A stretch of DNA of 64,000 bases from the NCBI GenBank assembly GCA_965198115.1, contig OZ240241.1, positions 6,496,001 to 6,560,000 on the forward strand. Direction: 5' to 3'. Position 1 is the first letter of the stretch, and the number at the start of each line of letters is the position of its first letter. Position numbers and translations under genes: made by a program. The DNA comes from Candidatus Latescibacterota bacterium. Its GTDB lineage: Bacteria > Latescibacterota > UBA2968. Shown piece after piece: positions 51,248 through 61,066 of the stretch. The notes beneath the pieces were generated by a model. That model was not told the DNA's origin and searched no databases. It saw nothing but the letters and a program-made list of their open reading frames with translations.

Positions 51248-54200
51248 TCATAGCGGCAGCCACGTTGCAGTTTCGGTCGACCAGATGCCTGCTTCTGTCA
51301 CGTTGTGACCGGTGATGGCCTGCCAGTGTTTCGCGTAGGCCCGGATCTGATCGGCGTAGTGGTGGACGAGGGCTGCCTGCTCGACTGGCGTGACTGCGCG
51401 GTCGGTCTTGTAGTCGACGATACACCATCCTCCTTTGATGCGGTAGACGAGATCGATCCGGCCACGTGAGATCGACACGCCCATCAAGTTTTCAGGACGA
51501 GCAACGTCGACTTCCGTGTAGATGGCCGGGGACTTCTGAATGTCGAGCCAGATTTTGGAGCGTCGAAAATCATGGACCGCGGCGATGGCTGCATCCTGCA
51601 AGGGTTTCTCGATTCCGGAGGCGGCGGATAGCGCGCTGACAAGGGTCTCGAGGTTTTCCGGGAGGACGCCGTCGATGGCCATTTGAAAGAGATCGTGGAC
51701 GAGGACGCCGTAGTCGGCACCGTATCCGGGTGGGAGTGATTCGTCGTCCGGTAGGTTGACGTGCGCCAGCTCATCCGATGGCCCCTCGCTGATGGAGACG
51801 ACCGTGTGCGAGGCTTGCTTGAGGGTCGACCAGCGGTCTTCCCGATCGACAGATGTCTGATCCGCGTCGAGGCTGACCATCACGGGTCTTGAGTTGGGGA
51901 CCTCGGGGGGAACGGGAAGCTCGGGTAGGTCTTGAAGGAAGGGATAGAGTGCAGCCCACGGGCCGTTTTCGGTGTTGCCCGTGTATCTGCAGACGACGAG
52001 TAGATCCTCGGCTCGCGTGGCTGCGACGTAGATCAGACGCTTTTCCTCGGCATCGATGAACCGTTGCTCGGTCTCCGCGTCGATGTCCCAGCTTTCGGGT
52101 TCGGCCACGGTCTCGATGACGTGTTCCCCGAGTGGGCGGGTGACAGGGAGGGACAAACGAGGTTGTTCGAGGGTGCGGTCAACGTGGAATTCGGGGCCGT
52201 GTTGCCGGTGGCTCGTGTCGTAGGCATCTACCAGGAAGACGACGCGGGCCTCGAGTCCCTTGGCCTGGTGGAGGTTCATCAGTCGGACCGCGTTCGCTCC
52301 GCCCGATTCGAGTGTCATTTCCTCGACCTTGTAGATCGGGTCTTCCACGAGGTCTCTCAGCTCGGAGAGACAATCGCCCCAGTGACGACTTTCCGCCTCC
52401 CACCGTCTGAAGATTGCCAACAACCTGAGGATGTTGCCTGCCCTGGATGAGCCCATATCGAGGGAAGCGGCGAAAGGGACGTATCCGAGGTCGTCGAGGA
52501 TGCGTTCGAGGGCGACTGCGGGCGGGGCGTTCTCGAGCAGGGATTCGTATCGGCGGAGACGTTCGAATGCGGCCGTGAACAGCGCAGCGTGAGGGTCGGG
52601 AAGCTCCGCGGGGATGGACGTGCGGAAGTGGAACGCGCCGCCGGCTCGCTTGTAAGCGTAGAGGTCGTCGTCCCCGGCGCCGACGAAGGGTCCCCGTAGG
52701 TAGCCGACGAGCGGTATGGGGTTATCGGGTGTGTGGATGGCCTCGAGAAGTTCAAGGATGCGCCGAATCTCCTTGCGCTGGCCGAGCTGACCGCTGCCGG
52801 CGACTTCGAACGGGACCCGGTGAACCTCCAGCGCCCGGGCGTAGACGTCGAGAGCCCCGGTTGTGCGGGAGAGGATGAGGAAGTCGGCAGGTTGGAGGGC
52901 GCCTTCGAGGGAAATCGAGTGTTTGCCAGCAAGACAACCCCCGACGAATCGAGCGATCCGTTCGGCTTCGAGCGCGGCGATTTCGTGGCGACGATGGTAG
53001 GCAACGGCCGGGGTCGTCAGCGTGTAGACGTGGTGATCGAGGTCTCCGCGGTCTCGCGCGGGGTGGAGTGGCGCGAACGAAGCCTGGTAACGCGCATCGT
53101 CCTGGGCGAAGATCGGCTCGAAGGCGACATTGACCCAATCGCAGAGCGTTCCGACGGCGCGAAAGCTGGATGTCAGGGCGACCCGCTCTCCTCCTGCGGC
53201 CGCGATTCGATCCGTCACGAAACGGAAGGTGTCGAGATCGGCTCGTCTGAATCGATAAATCGACTGCTTCTCGTCGCCGACGAGGAAAAGCGAACCCGGG
53301 CGCGGACGGCAGGACCGCCAGTCTTTGCCGTCATCCTCGCTCGAAAGGAGGGAGACGATTTCGGCCTGGATGGGGTCGGTGTCCTGGAATTCGTCTACGA
53401 AGAGGATGCGGTAACGTCGGGAGAGTGCTCTGCGTACTTCCGGGATTCCGCGCAGCAGGATGGCTGCGCGTTCGAGGAGGTCCTGAAAAGAGACGACCCC
53501 CGACGTCCTGCGCATCTCGGCATAGTATTCGACGGCATCGTCGACGAGGCTGGCCGCTCTGGGATAGACGGACTGGCGCCAGGCCGTCAAGGCGGGCTGG
53601 ATGACGCGGGTGCGGATGTCGGCGAAGTCCTGATCCCGGAGGGCGCGGGCCTCCGCTTCGTGGGGTGTCCATTTCCTGAGGACGATACCAGTGTTCTTGA
53701 CGCCGAATCGGCTCAGAAGATGGACCCGGTCGGCGTCGGTGCGCAGACCGTAGTGGTCGACGAAATTGCCGGCGTAGATGAGGCGCGCCTGGAAACGGTC
53801 GGGTGGTTCGCGGAGCGGGTCGGGCACCCACTGTCTGGCCTGCCGAACGAAGTCGACGAGGGTGTCCGTGGATTCGGTCAGATCGACCTCTCGGGCGGGT
53901 GTATGACGCAGAGGAAGGTCGGTGAATTGACAGCGGCGTTGGAAGAATCCGTAGAGGTCCTCAGTGCGGAGACCGACGGCGTCGAGCTCGGCCAGCCGGG
54001 GATCCTGCTCGCTGAAGCATCTCTGCACGAACTGGTCCCAGGCCTCTCGCCGGTGGAGTGCCTCGGTGCGCTCGTCGGCTTCTTCGAAGTCGGGGGGCAG
54101 CCGGGCGTCGAGGGGTCTCTCACGGAGCAGACGGCCGCAGAAGGCGTGGATGGTGCCGATGAAGCACTGATCGACGTGGGCCAGGGCCTCACGAAACCTG

Positions 54201-54466
54201 TCCCTCTGCACGGGATCCTTCGCGGTGTCTGCGGCTTCACGAAGGGCGAGGTAAAATCGGCCGCGCATCTCGCCCGCGGCCTTGCGGGTGAATGTGATGG
54301 CGGCGAGTTGCTCAACGCGTTCGATCCCGTTGCGGACGACTTCGACCATCCGCTGGACGAGGGCGAAGGTCTTGCCTGCTCCCGCGCCGGCGAGTACGAC
54401 GAGATTGCGGTCGAGTCCCTCACGAATCCGGTCCCGGGCCTCTTGGTCGATCAGTTGCCGAGCCAC
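51248..54466 (-). CDS. addA: AddA-like UvrD helicase-nuclease
   Basis: AGAGAGKT, TFTRKAA, VDEFQDT, VGDEKQSIYRFR, HQAKGLE, YVAATRA, C-terminal GRIDL...DYKTD. Confidence 0.9.
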   Translation of the reverse strand: MARQLIDQEARDRIREGLDRNLVVLAGAGAGKTFALVQRMVEVVRNGIERVEQLAAITFTRKAAGEMRGRFYLALREAADTAKDPVQRDRFREALAHVDQCFIGTIHAFCGRLLRERPLDARLPPDFEEADERTEALHRREAWDQFVQRCFSEQDPRLAELDAVGLRTEDLYGFFQRRCQFTDLPLRHTPAREVDLTESTDTLVDFVRQARQWVPDPLREPPDRFQARLIYAGNFVDHYGLRTDADRVHLLSRFGVKNTGIVLRKWTPHEAEARALRDQDFADIRTRVIQPALTAWRQSVYPRAASLVDDAVEYYAEMRRTSGVVSFQDLLERAAILLRGIPEVRRALSRRYRILFVDEFQDTDPIQAEIVSLLSSEDDGKDWRSCRPRPGSLFLVGDEKQSIYRFRRADLDTFRFVTDRIAAAGGERVALTSSFRAVGTLCDWVNVAFEPIFAQDDARYQASFAPLHPARDRGDLDHHVYTLTTPAVAYHRRHEIAALEAERIARFVGGCLAGKHSISLEGALQPADFLILSRTTGALDVYARALEVHRVPFEVAGSGQLGQRKEIRRILELLEAIHTPDNPIPLVGYLRGPFVGAGDDDLYAYKRAGGAFHFRTSIPAELPDPHAALFTAAFERLRRYESLLENAPPAVALERILDDLGYVPFAASLDMGSSRAGNILRLLAIFRRWEAESRHWGDCLSELRDLVEDPIYKVEEMTLESGGANAVRLMNLHQAKGLEARVVFLVDAYDTSHRQHGPEFHVDRTLEQPRLSLPVTRPLGEHVIETVAEPESWDIDAETEQRFIDAEEKRLIYVAATRAEDLLVVCRYTGNTENGPWAALYPFLQDLPELPVPPEVPNSRPVMVSLDADQTSVDREDRWSTLKQASHTVVSISEGPSDELAHVNLPDDESLPPGYGADYGVLVHDLFQMAIDGVLPENLETLVSALSAASGIEKPLQDAAIAAVHDFRRSKIWLDIQKSPAIYTEVDVARPENLMGVSISRGRIDLVYRIKGGWCIVDYKTDRAVTPVEQAALVHHYADQIRAYAKHWQAITGHNVTEAGIWSTETATWLPL

Positions 54467-57417
54467 GTGACGATGGCCTCCGGTAGGTCGGGATTGCTTT
54501 CGGTGAGGGCTTCAAGATCGTCGGGTAGCAGCTGCTCGCCGCCACAGATTGCGGCGTAGTCGCAGAAGCGACACTGGTCTTCCCGTTGAATAGGTGGAAA
54601 TGCACCTTTTTCGACGAGTGAGGCGTGCGCCTCCAGAATCCGTCCGACTTCAGCCCGATCGGGAAGGACCGCGCGGATTCTGCGACCGTGCTCCCGGTCA
54701 CTCGTGAAGAAGTAGCCCGATTCGATGGGCCGGTCAGCCTCGCCGCGTTCTCTGAGGATGGATTCAAGGGCGAACCCGTAGAGCGCCCACTGTAGATGGA
54801 GACCCGAGAGAAGGTCGGCTTCGTCGTAGGCATAAGCGGACCCGGTCTTGTAGTCCCAGATGGCATAACGGTCGGGGCGTCGATCGACGCGATCGATCAG
54901 ACCCCGGAGGGGAAGGCGGAAACCCTCGCCCAGGTCGAGATCGATGACATCGGGATGGTTGAGCCCGTCTTCTTCCCCGAACCCGAAGGAAATCTCGAAG
55001 CCAAGCGGATCGACTTCGGTTTGCTCCGCTTCAGAGGCGAGGAAGACCTCCCCGGCGTGAAGCAGGCGCTGGATATCGACCTTCATCGCCTCAGCCCCGG
55101 GCTCAGGGAACCAGATTCTGTGCCGGTCGACTTCGGAGAAGGTTGCTTCTCGAAGGCGCTCGACGTGCTCCGGCCCAGGCTTTTCCCCGGATTCGGCAAG
55201 ATCTCTCATAAACCTGCTCAGAATCCGGTGGAGCAAGTCGCCGAATTGTAGCGGTGTAAGCCACCGGGTCGTGTCCCCGAGCCCCTGGTCGAAGGGTGAG
55301 ACGTTCAAGATATGCCTGAGAAAATACCGGTAGGGGCACTGAAGCAGGACCTCGAGCCGCGAGGCGGACTGGGGCTGGGCCGTCAGGGAGAGGTCCGGGT
55401 CCACGAACCCGGTGAACCCGTGAAAACGGGTCAACTGGTAGGTCGAGCGGGCGATCTGACCCTCGTTACCGAGCAAAAGCCAAGGATACCGGCGATCGAG
55501 AAGCTGTCCAAACTCGGGGTGATGACGTCGCGGGAGCATCCACGTGCCCTCGCTCAAAGCAGAGGTGTCGGGATGAGGCAGGAAGCCAATGGCAGAGGTC
55601 TGATCCTCCTTGATGTCCTGGATTTGCTGAATCAACGGCGCTGGAAAGGTTTCGCGCCCGTCTGCGATGGCTCGTGTGCTGGCGAAAAGGTGGACCGCGC
55701 CTGGGGCGACGCTGAGGAGACGAACGAAGTGCCAGACGGCCTCGCTCGGCCTCGTGCGGATGAACTCGAGATCCGGAGAGACGCGCCCCCGCTCGTCGTC
55801 GAGCAGGACGGGATCCTCCGTCGAGCCACCTGGAAAAGTCGATTCATCCAGTCCCAGGACGAAAAGACGGGGTCGTCCGGCGTAGCCGGCCCGACCGAGG
55901 GGGACGACGTTGAGGCAGCCTGGCTGAGGGGCGCCCGCCTGGATGCGGTGTTCGGAAACGAGACGGGAGAATCGAAGCGCCAGGTCGTGCTCCCGGCTGG
56001 TGACGCTGACGGCTTGGGATAACTCCTGGAGTCTTCGGAGCATCGAATCTCTGGCGGGAGCCTCCCCTTCTCCGCTGAAGGGGACGAATTCCTGCAGGAA
56101 GGCGGTGCCGCTGACCGCCATTTCTGCTCCGGAGCACGTCGATTCAGGCGGGAGCACCTTGAGCAACGCGTCCAGCATGCGGCAGCAAGGCTTATCTACA
56201 CGGGAATCCCGGAGTTCGGGAGGGCCTTCACCGGCCTCGGCCCGGGAAATGGCTTGACTGTAGGCACTCCGGCCGATCCGGATCCCGTTGCGGAGCATCC
56301 ACGAGGCGAACTGATAGGGCTCGAGTGTTTCGCCCCGGTCCAGATGGGCCCCGAGCGAGAGTAACCCGGTCCGACAGGTCTCGACGAGTGTGTCGACTGC
56401 GTAGTCGTTGGCGATCCACTGGAAGAAGGCCACAAGGGCCTTGCCCGGCCGGGAGAAGGTCACCGGAATGCCGGCTCCGTATGTAGCGTTGATCCCGAAT
56501 CGCTGAACGGCGTTGTGGATCGCGGCGAGGTAGGGAGTTTCGGCCGTGTAAGCGATTTCAGCCTGATCGAGGGCATCGCCGTGGTCTAGCAGGACCTGGA
56601 GCGCCGCCCGGGCCTCGACGTCGGGGCCGGAGGTTTCGACGACGGTCAGGGCCCCCAGATCGTTGGGTAAAACGCGGCGAGCCAGCAGTTGTCCCGCCGG
56701 TGCCACGCACCCAGCCTCGATCGGGGTGCCCAGATCGCAGCGTGAAACGGCGATTGCCGCTGGACGCGGTGTGCCCTCATCGTCACGTCCGATTCTGAGA
56801 AGTGTCTTTCGGGCAAAAGCCTCTACGAAATCCTTCGCGAGTCCCGGCACGGGTGTTTCGTCGAGGATGGCCACGACGTCGGGGGACCGAACGCCATCAG
56901 CTTCGATGAGTCGGGTCGCCTTTTCGAACAGGTCCGCGCCGTCATACCATCCGTTCTGTTCGATGAGGTCCTGATAGGCGACGTAGATCCGTGCAAGGGT
57001 CTGCAGCTTGACGTCACGCGTCTGTCGAGAGAGGTCCTCGGGCGGGATTCCGGCGATACGCAGGGCGCGTAGTGTGCGATGGATGGCGCGCGAAAGACCC
57101 GGGCTCAACCCCGCGCGTGAGAACGGATTGTCCGGCGCTTTGTCGAGGATGTCGCGGAGATAGGGATCGAAAGTGATAGCGTCGGCATCGCGAACGAGGG
57201 GGCGGAACCCCTCGGCCAGCAGGTGTGGCTCGGCGATCTGGCGGGCGACGTCTTCGGGGCTGGCGATCTGCAAATTGAGGGTGGGATGACCAGCTAGCGC
57301 GAGGGCATTGACCATCGCGTAGCCGATCTGGGCGCTCGGTGCGAACACGACCTTGCGACCAGCCGGATCCGACTCACACAACGCGGCGAGCTGGGCCAGA
57401 TGGTATGGAAGCGACAA
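54451..57417 (-). CDS. addB: AddB-like PD-(D/E)XK nuclease with Fe-S cysteines
   Basis: SASRLE...CPYRY, RGLIDRVD, DYKTG, QWALY, CRFCDYAAIC; overlaps addA. Confidence 0.88.
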   Translation of the reverse strand: MSLPYHLAQLAALCESDPAGRKVVFAPSAQIGYAMVNALALAGHPTLNLQIASPEDVARQIAEPHLLAEGFRPLVRDADAITFDPYLRDILDKAPDNPFSRAGLSPGLSRAIHRTLRALRIAGIPPEDLSRQTRDVKLQTLARIYVAYQDLIEQNGWYDGADLFEKATRLIEADGVRSPDVVAILDETPVPGLAKDFVEAFARKTLLRIGRDDEGTPRPAAIAVSRCDLGTPIEAGCVAPAGQLLARRVLPNDLGALTVVETSGPDVEARAALQVLLDHGDALDQAEIAYTAETPYLAAIHNAVQRFGINATYGAGIPVTFSRPGKALVAFFQWIANDYAVDTLVETCRTGLLSLGAHLDRGETLEPYQFASWMLRNGIRIGRSAYSQAISRAEAGEGPPELRDSRVDKPCCRMLDALLKVLPPESTCSGAEMAVSGTAFLQEFVPFSGEGEAPARDSMLRRLQELSQAVSVTSREHDLALRFSRLVSEHRIQAGAPQPGCLNVVPLGRAGYAGRPRLFVLGLDESTFPGGSTEDPVLLDDERGRVSPDLEFIRTRPSEAVWHFVRLLSVAPGAVHLFASTRAIADGRETFPAPLIQQIQDIKEDQTSAIGFLPHPDTSALSEGTWMLPRRHHPEFGQLLDRRYPWLLLGNEGQIARSTYQLTRFHGFTGFVDPDLSLTAQPQSASRLEVLLQCPYRYFLRHILNVSPFDQGLGDTTRWLTPLQFGDLLHRILSRFMRDLAESGEKPGPEHVERLREATFSEVDRHRIWFPEPGAEAMKVDIQRLLHAGEVFLASEAEQTEVDPLGFEISFGFGEEDGLNHPDVIDLDLGEGFRLPLRGLIDRVDRRPDRYAIWDYKTGSAYAYDEADLLSGLHLQWALYGFALESILRERGEADRPIESGYFFTSDREHGRRIRAVLPDRAEVGRILEAHASLVEKGAFPPIQREDQCRFCDYAAICGGEQLLPDDLEALTESNPDLPEAIVTWLGN

Positions 57418-57548
57418 GATTGGTTGGGAATTCCGGAATCAGGGAACTGACCAACTGCGGGGAGTCGAGCGGGGATGGAGGTAGAATAGTCAGGGGGGGG
57501 ATGAACAGCAAGGAAAGGAAGGTGCTCTTCGCGTTGACAGTTATTCCG

Positions 57549-58265
57549 TCATACGAATTCGAGACGGGTCAGGTCCGAAAGGCGCGATATCGTGTGGGTT
57601 CGGTCGTCGTCGACCCCCATCTTCACGGCGGTGATGCCGTGTCGCTTTGCGGCTTTGAGGTGCCGGTCGCCATCGTCAACGACGATGACCTCCTCTGCAT
57701 CCGCTCCGATGGCCTCAAGTATGAGAGGGTAGAATCGATCATCGCCCTTGTGGAGACCGACCAGATCTGAACCGAACGGCATTCCGATGCGATCGCGCAC
57801 ACCGAGCCGTGTGAGGACCGTCTCTATTACCCAGCCCGGGTTCCCCGAAGCGGTATGGATCTCGAACCGTTCATCCAGGTCGAGGATTGCCTCTCGCGTA
57901 CCTGGAAGGACGATGTCCGCGTGGGTGTAGACGTGACTGTAGATTCGTTCGGCCACGTCGACTTGCTCTTCGAAGCTGACCGGCGGCTCCAGTTGCATTT
58001 CCGCACACATCTGAACGAGCCACTCCGCGTGAACTCGATCCCACCAGCGAGACAGATTCAAACGTCTGAGACCCAACTCGAATTTGTAGGTTTCGTTGGC
58101 GCGTAACCAGGTTGCATGCCAGATCTGTTGGTGGTCCCTCCAGATCTCTTCTTTTCCGCCGACCATCGGAACGCCGGCGTCACCGATGACACGCCCGCTT
58201 TCGACCTCCCACTTGTCGTTGTCCAGCAGGACGCCATCGACGTCGAGCAGTAGAAAGCGATGCAC
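57549..58265 (-). CDS. HAD family hydrolase
   Basis: LLDVDGVL, ASG, HK, VVDD motifs; GTG start behind GAGG. Confidence 0.85.
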   Translation of the reverse strand: MHRFLLLDVDGVLLDNDKWEVESGRVIGDAGVPMVGGKEEIWRDHQQIWHATWLRANETYKFELGLRRLNLSRWWDRVHAEWLVQMCAEMQLEPPVSFEEQVDVAERIYSHVYTHADIVLPGTREAILDLDERFEIHTASGNPGWVIETVLTRLGVRDRIGMPFGSDLVGLHKGDDRFYPLILEAIGADAEEVIVVDDGDRHLKAAKRHGITAVKMGVDDDRTHTISRLSDLTRLEFV

Positions 58266-58297
58266 GTTCCTCAACCTTTCTGTCCCCGGGGCTCGGC

Positions 58298-59170
58298 TCA
58301 ATCCCTCAGAATCGTCTTCTCGTCCGTCACCGCGGGCTCCAGGGCCTTTTGAGTAACGCTGACGGCTCGCCGGAGGTCGGCACCTCGAAGGTCGGCGTCC
58401 TCGAAAATGACTTTGTAAAAATCGGCGCCTGAGAGTTTGGCGTTGCGCAGGTCTGCCTTGGTCAGGTTCACCTGAGTCAACGTGGTGTTCTGCATCCGTG
58501 CTTTTTGAAGGTTGGCTTCGACGAAGCTGCACTGAGAGAAGTCCTGGCCGGTCAGCTTCGTGGCCTGGAAATTGACGCGGTCGAACACGGCCTTGTGGAG
58601 GTTGGCTTCAGAAAGATCGACACGTCGGAGATCTGCTCCCGTCAGCGTGGCTTCGCTCAGGTCGACACGTCTGAGCGTTGCTTTCTGAAGGAGGGCGTCG
58701 GTCAGGTCGGCTTTGGCGAGGTTTGCGAGTTCGAGGTCGGCCGGGGCAAGGTCGACGCCGCGTAGACAGGCCGAGGCGAGGATGGAGTTCTGGAGGTGGG
58801 CGCCGTTGAGGTTCGCACCCTCGAGATCGGCATTTCGAAGATTGGCTGCGGATAATCGTGCGCGCTCGAGGTTCGCGCCCCGGAGGGTCGCCCGCTGGAG
58901 TTTGGCGCCGCTGAGGTTGATCTCTCTGAGGTCGGCACGGGTCAGGTCGACCCCCTCGAGGTCGGCTCGGAGCAGAAAGGCCCCGGCGAGAGTTGCCTGG
59001 GAGCCCCGCTTACCCTCCGATTCGAGCCACACCGCGTGATTGTTCAGGATGTCCTTGAGGTCACCGGGGGTGACGGGTTGTCCGGGTTCGACCATTGACG
59101 AAGCTCCTTCCGTGCCAGAGGTGGGCGTCGATGTCTGACCGGGCAATCGCCGTCGCGGTTTCGGATTCAT
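58298..59170 (-). CDS. Pentapeptide repeat protein
   Basis: H..WL..G N-terminal motif followed by a long run of A(D/N)Lxx repeats; the start may be 59095. Confidence 0.92.
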   Translation of the reverse strand: MNPKPRRRLPGQTSTPTSGTEGASSMVEPGQPVTPGDLKDILNNHAVWLESEGKRGSQATLAGAFLLRADLEGVDLTRADLREINLSGAKLQRATLRGANLERARLSAANLRNADLEGANLNGAHLQNSILASACLRGVDLAPADLELANLAKADLTDALLQKATLRRVDLSEATLTGADLRRVDLSEANLHKAVFDRVNFQATKLTGQDFSQCSFVEANLQKARMQNTTLTQVNLTKADLRNAKLSGADFYKVIFEDADLRGADLRRAVSVTQKALEPAVTDEKTILRD

Positions 59171-59252
59171 TCCTTGACACTGATTTTGCCGACTTCTAAA
59201 TTTAAGGGTTACAAACTTTTAGGAGCAAACTGGCATTTCGCGAGGGAGCCGG

Positions 59253-60068
59253 GTGGGAGAATCCATCAACGCACAAGACGCCGACCTTCAGGCTGAGCTG
59301 AAGGCTAACGGGCGTCTTCCGGCCCATATTGCCATCATTATGGATGGCAACGGACGCTGGGCCGAACGGCGTCATCTGACACGATCGGACGGTCATCGAT
59401 CCGCTCGTGACGTCGTGCGTGAGACCGTTCGTGCGTGTGGCGAGCTGGAGATCGACATCCTGACGCTGTTCACGTTCGGGACGGAAAACTGGAAGCGCCC
59501 GTGGGGAGAGGTGTTGTCTCTGATGCAGCTACTCAGAGACTGTTCGGTCGAAGAGCTGCCCGAGCTGATCGAGAACAACGTGCGGCTGGTTGCGACGGGA
59601 GAGACTCACAAACTCGCCAAACACGCCCGTCTGGCGCTCGAGGCGGCCATCGAGTCGACTTCGCAAAATACGGGTCTTACGCTGAACCTCGCCCTGAGCT
59701 ACGACGGTCGGAGCGACATCCTGCAGGCAGCTCAACGGCTTGCCAGGACCGTTGCGCGAGGCGAAATGACGGCGGATGACGTCGATCACGAGACGTTTTC
59801 CAGTCATCTTCTAACCAGCGGGTTGCCCGATCCGGATCTGATGATCCGGACGAGTGGAGAGGTCCGTCTGAGCAATTTCATGCTTTGGCAGTGCGCGTAC
59901 ACGGAGTTCCACTTTACGCCGGTTTTCTGGCCGGACTTCCAGCGCTGCCACCTGTATGAGGCCATCGCCACGTATCAATCGAGAGAGCGTCGATTCGGTC
60001 AGACGAGCGCTCAACTCCGTTCGACGGAGGAGACGATCGGCGAACCGGCAGGCGTTTCGACTGCCTGA
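59253..60068 (+). CDS. uppS: Undecaprenyl diphosphate synthase (isoprenyl transferase)
   Basis: HIAIIMDGNGRWA, TENWKRP, PDLMIRTSGEVRLSNFMLWQ, RERRFG. Confidence 0.97.
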   Translation: MGESINAQDADLQAELKANGRLPAHIAIIMDGNGRWAERRHLTRSDGHRSARDVVRETVRACGELEIDILTLFTFGTENWKRPWGEVLSLMQLLRDCSVEELPELIENNVRLVATGETHKLAKHARLALEAAIESTSQNTGLTLNLALSYDGRSDILQAAQRLARTVARGEMTADDVDHETFSSHLLTSGLPDPDLMIRTSGEVRLSNFMLWQCAYTEFHFTPVFWPDFQRCHLYEAIATYQSRERRFGQTSAQLRSTEETIGEPAGVSTA

Positions 60069-60079
60069 CCGTTAGCCCC

Positions 60080-60898
60080 GTGCCGACGAATCTGACGCAG
60101 CGCGTGGCCGTGGGGGCGGTTTTCGGTCCTATGCTGGCCGCCGTGTTCTGGGTTGGCGGTCTTGCCCTGCTGGTCGTGCTTTCGATTCTGGTGGCGGGCG
60201 GCGTTCTCGAGTTTTACAGGATGCAAGAACACAAGGGGCTGCAACCCTGGTCGGTTCCGGGGGTTGTGGCCTCTGTCTTTTGGTGCGTGGCCGTCTACTT
60301 TTTTGGCGTTTCAGAGTTGGCGATCCCGCTGGCGGTTCTGCTGGTCGTGATCATTGCAACGGGGTCTGCCAGAGAGGGATCGAAGTTAGCCAACGTGGAA
60401 TCGACATTGATGGGTATCCTGTATGTGGCAGTCCTCGGCAGTTTTGCCTACCAGGTGAGAGCCGGGTCGTATGCGGACTTTACGGTGAATCAGACGGCCG
60501 GGTTCGCGGTGCTCATCCTGGCGGCGATCTGGGCGTCCGACATTTTCGGCTACTTCGCCGGCCGCGCCCTCGGTCGTCGCCATCCGTTTCCCAACATCAG
60601 CCCGGGGAAAACCGTGGCCGGGTACGTCGGAGGCATTTTGGGGTCCATCGCCTTGATTCTGACGGTGACCGAACGTTTTACGTTGTTGGATCGAACGGAT
60701 GGGGCTGCCCTGGGTGTGATCGTGGGTCTCGGTGCGCCACTGGGCGACCTGGTCGAGTCGATGATCAAGCGGGATGCCGGCGTGAAGGATGCTTCCACGA
60801 TCATTCCGGGTCACGGTGGCATCCTGGACCGGTTCGATTCCTTCCTCTTCGTCTTCCCTCTCGTCTACGTCTACGTGTCCTTCGTACAGACAATCTGA
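60080..60898 (+). CDS. cdsA: Phosphatidate cytidylyltransferase
   Basis: ISPGKT, GDLVESMIKRDAGVKD...PGHGGILDRFDS. Confidence 0.97.
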   Translation: MPTNLTQRVAVGAVFGPMLAAVFWVGGLALLVVLSILVAGGVLEFYRMQEHKGLQPWSVPGVVASVFWCVAVYFFGVSELAIPLAVLLVVIIATGSAREGSKLANVESTLMGILYVAVLGSFAYQVRAGSYADFTVNQTAGFAVLILAAIWASDIFGYFAGRALGRRHPFPNISPGKTVAGYVGGILGSIALILTVTERFTLLDRTDGAALGVIVGLGAPLGDLVESMIKRDAGVKDASTIIPGHGGILDRFDSFLFVFPLVYVYVSFVQTI

Positions 60899-61066
60899 AG
60901 AAGCGGAAAGGCCTACCACGAAATACACGAAACACACGAACGGGTGGAATAGAGAAGACACAGAAGCCACCCACGCGTCGAGATCGACGGTTCATTCCGG
61001 AGAAATCCCCACCGGTCTTCCTCATGTCTTCGAGATTTCGAGTTGCTTTTCTGATTCGAGAGAGCG

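Noticed and set aside
52733-54559. Long antisense and alternative-frame ORFs (e.g. 52733..54559 +, 9080..10471 +, 20708..21982 +, 60280..61506 +)
   Set aside because: Shadows of real genes caused by high-GC codon bias; no recognisable motifs.
51248-57417. Helicase-nuclease pair as a novel anti-phage system or Cas4-linked module
   Set aside because: Size, gene order, helicase motifs and the 1+3 Cys nuclease arrangement fit housekeeping AddAB.
58298-59170. Pentapeptide protein as Qnr-type quinolone resistance
   Set aside because: Generic A(D/N)L repeat protein with an H..WL N-terminal cap; no Qnr-specific loops or mobile context were recognised.
34792-60945. Nonamer runs (CACGAAACA)n at ~34792 and ~60916, and CAC(T/A)GAG-type runs at ~6967 and ~8233, as a separate system
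   Set aside because: Only two to three degenerate units each with no associated gene; treated as part of the general short-repeat background.
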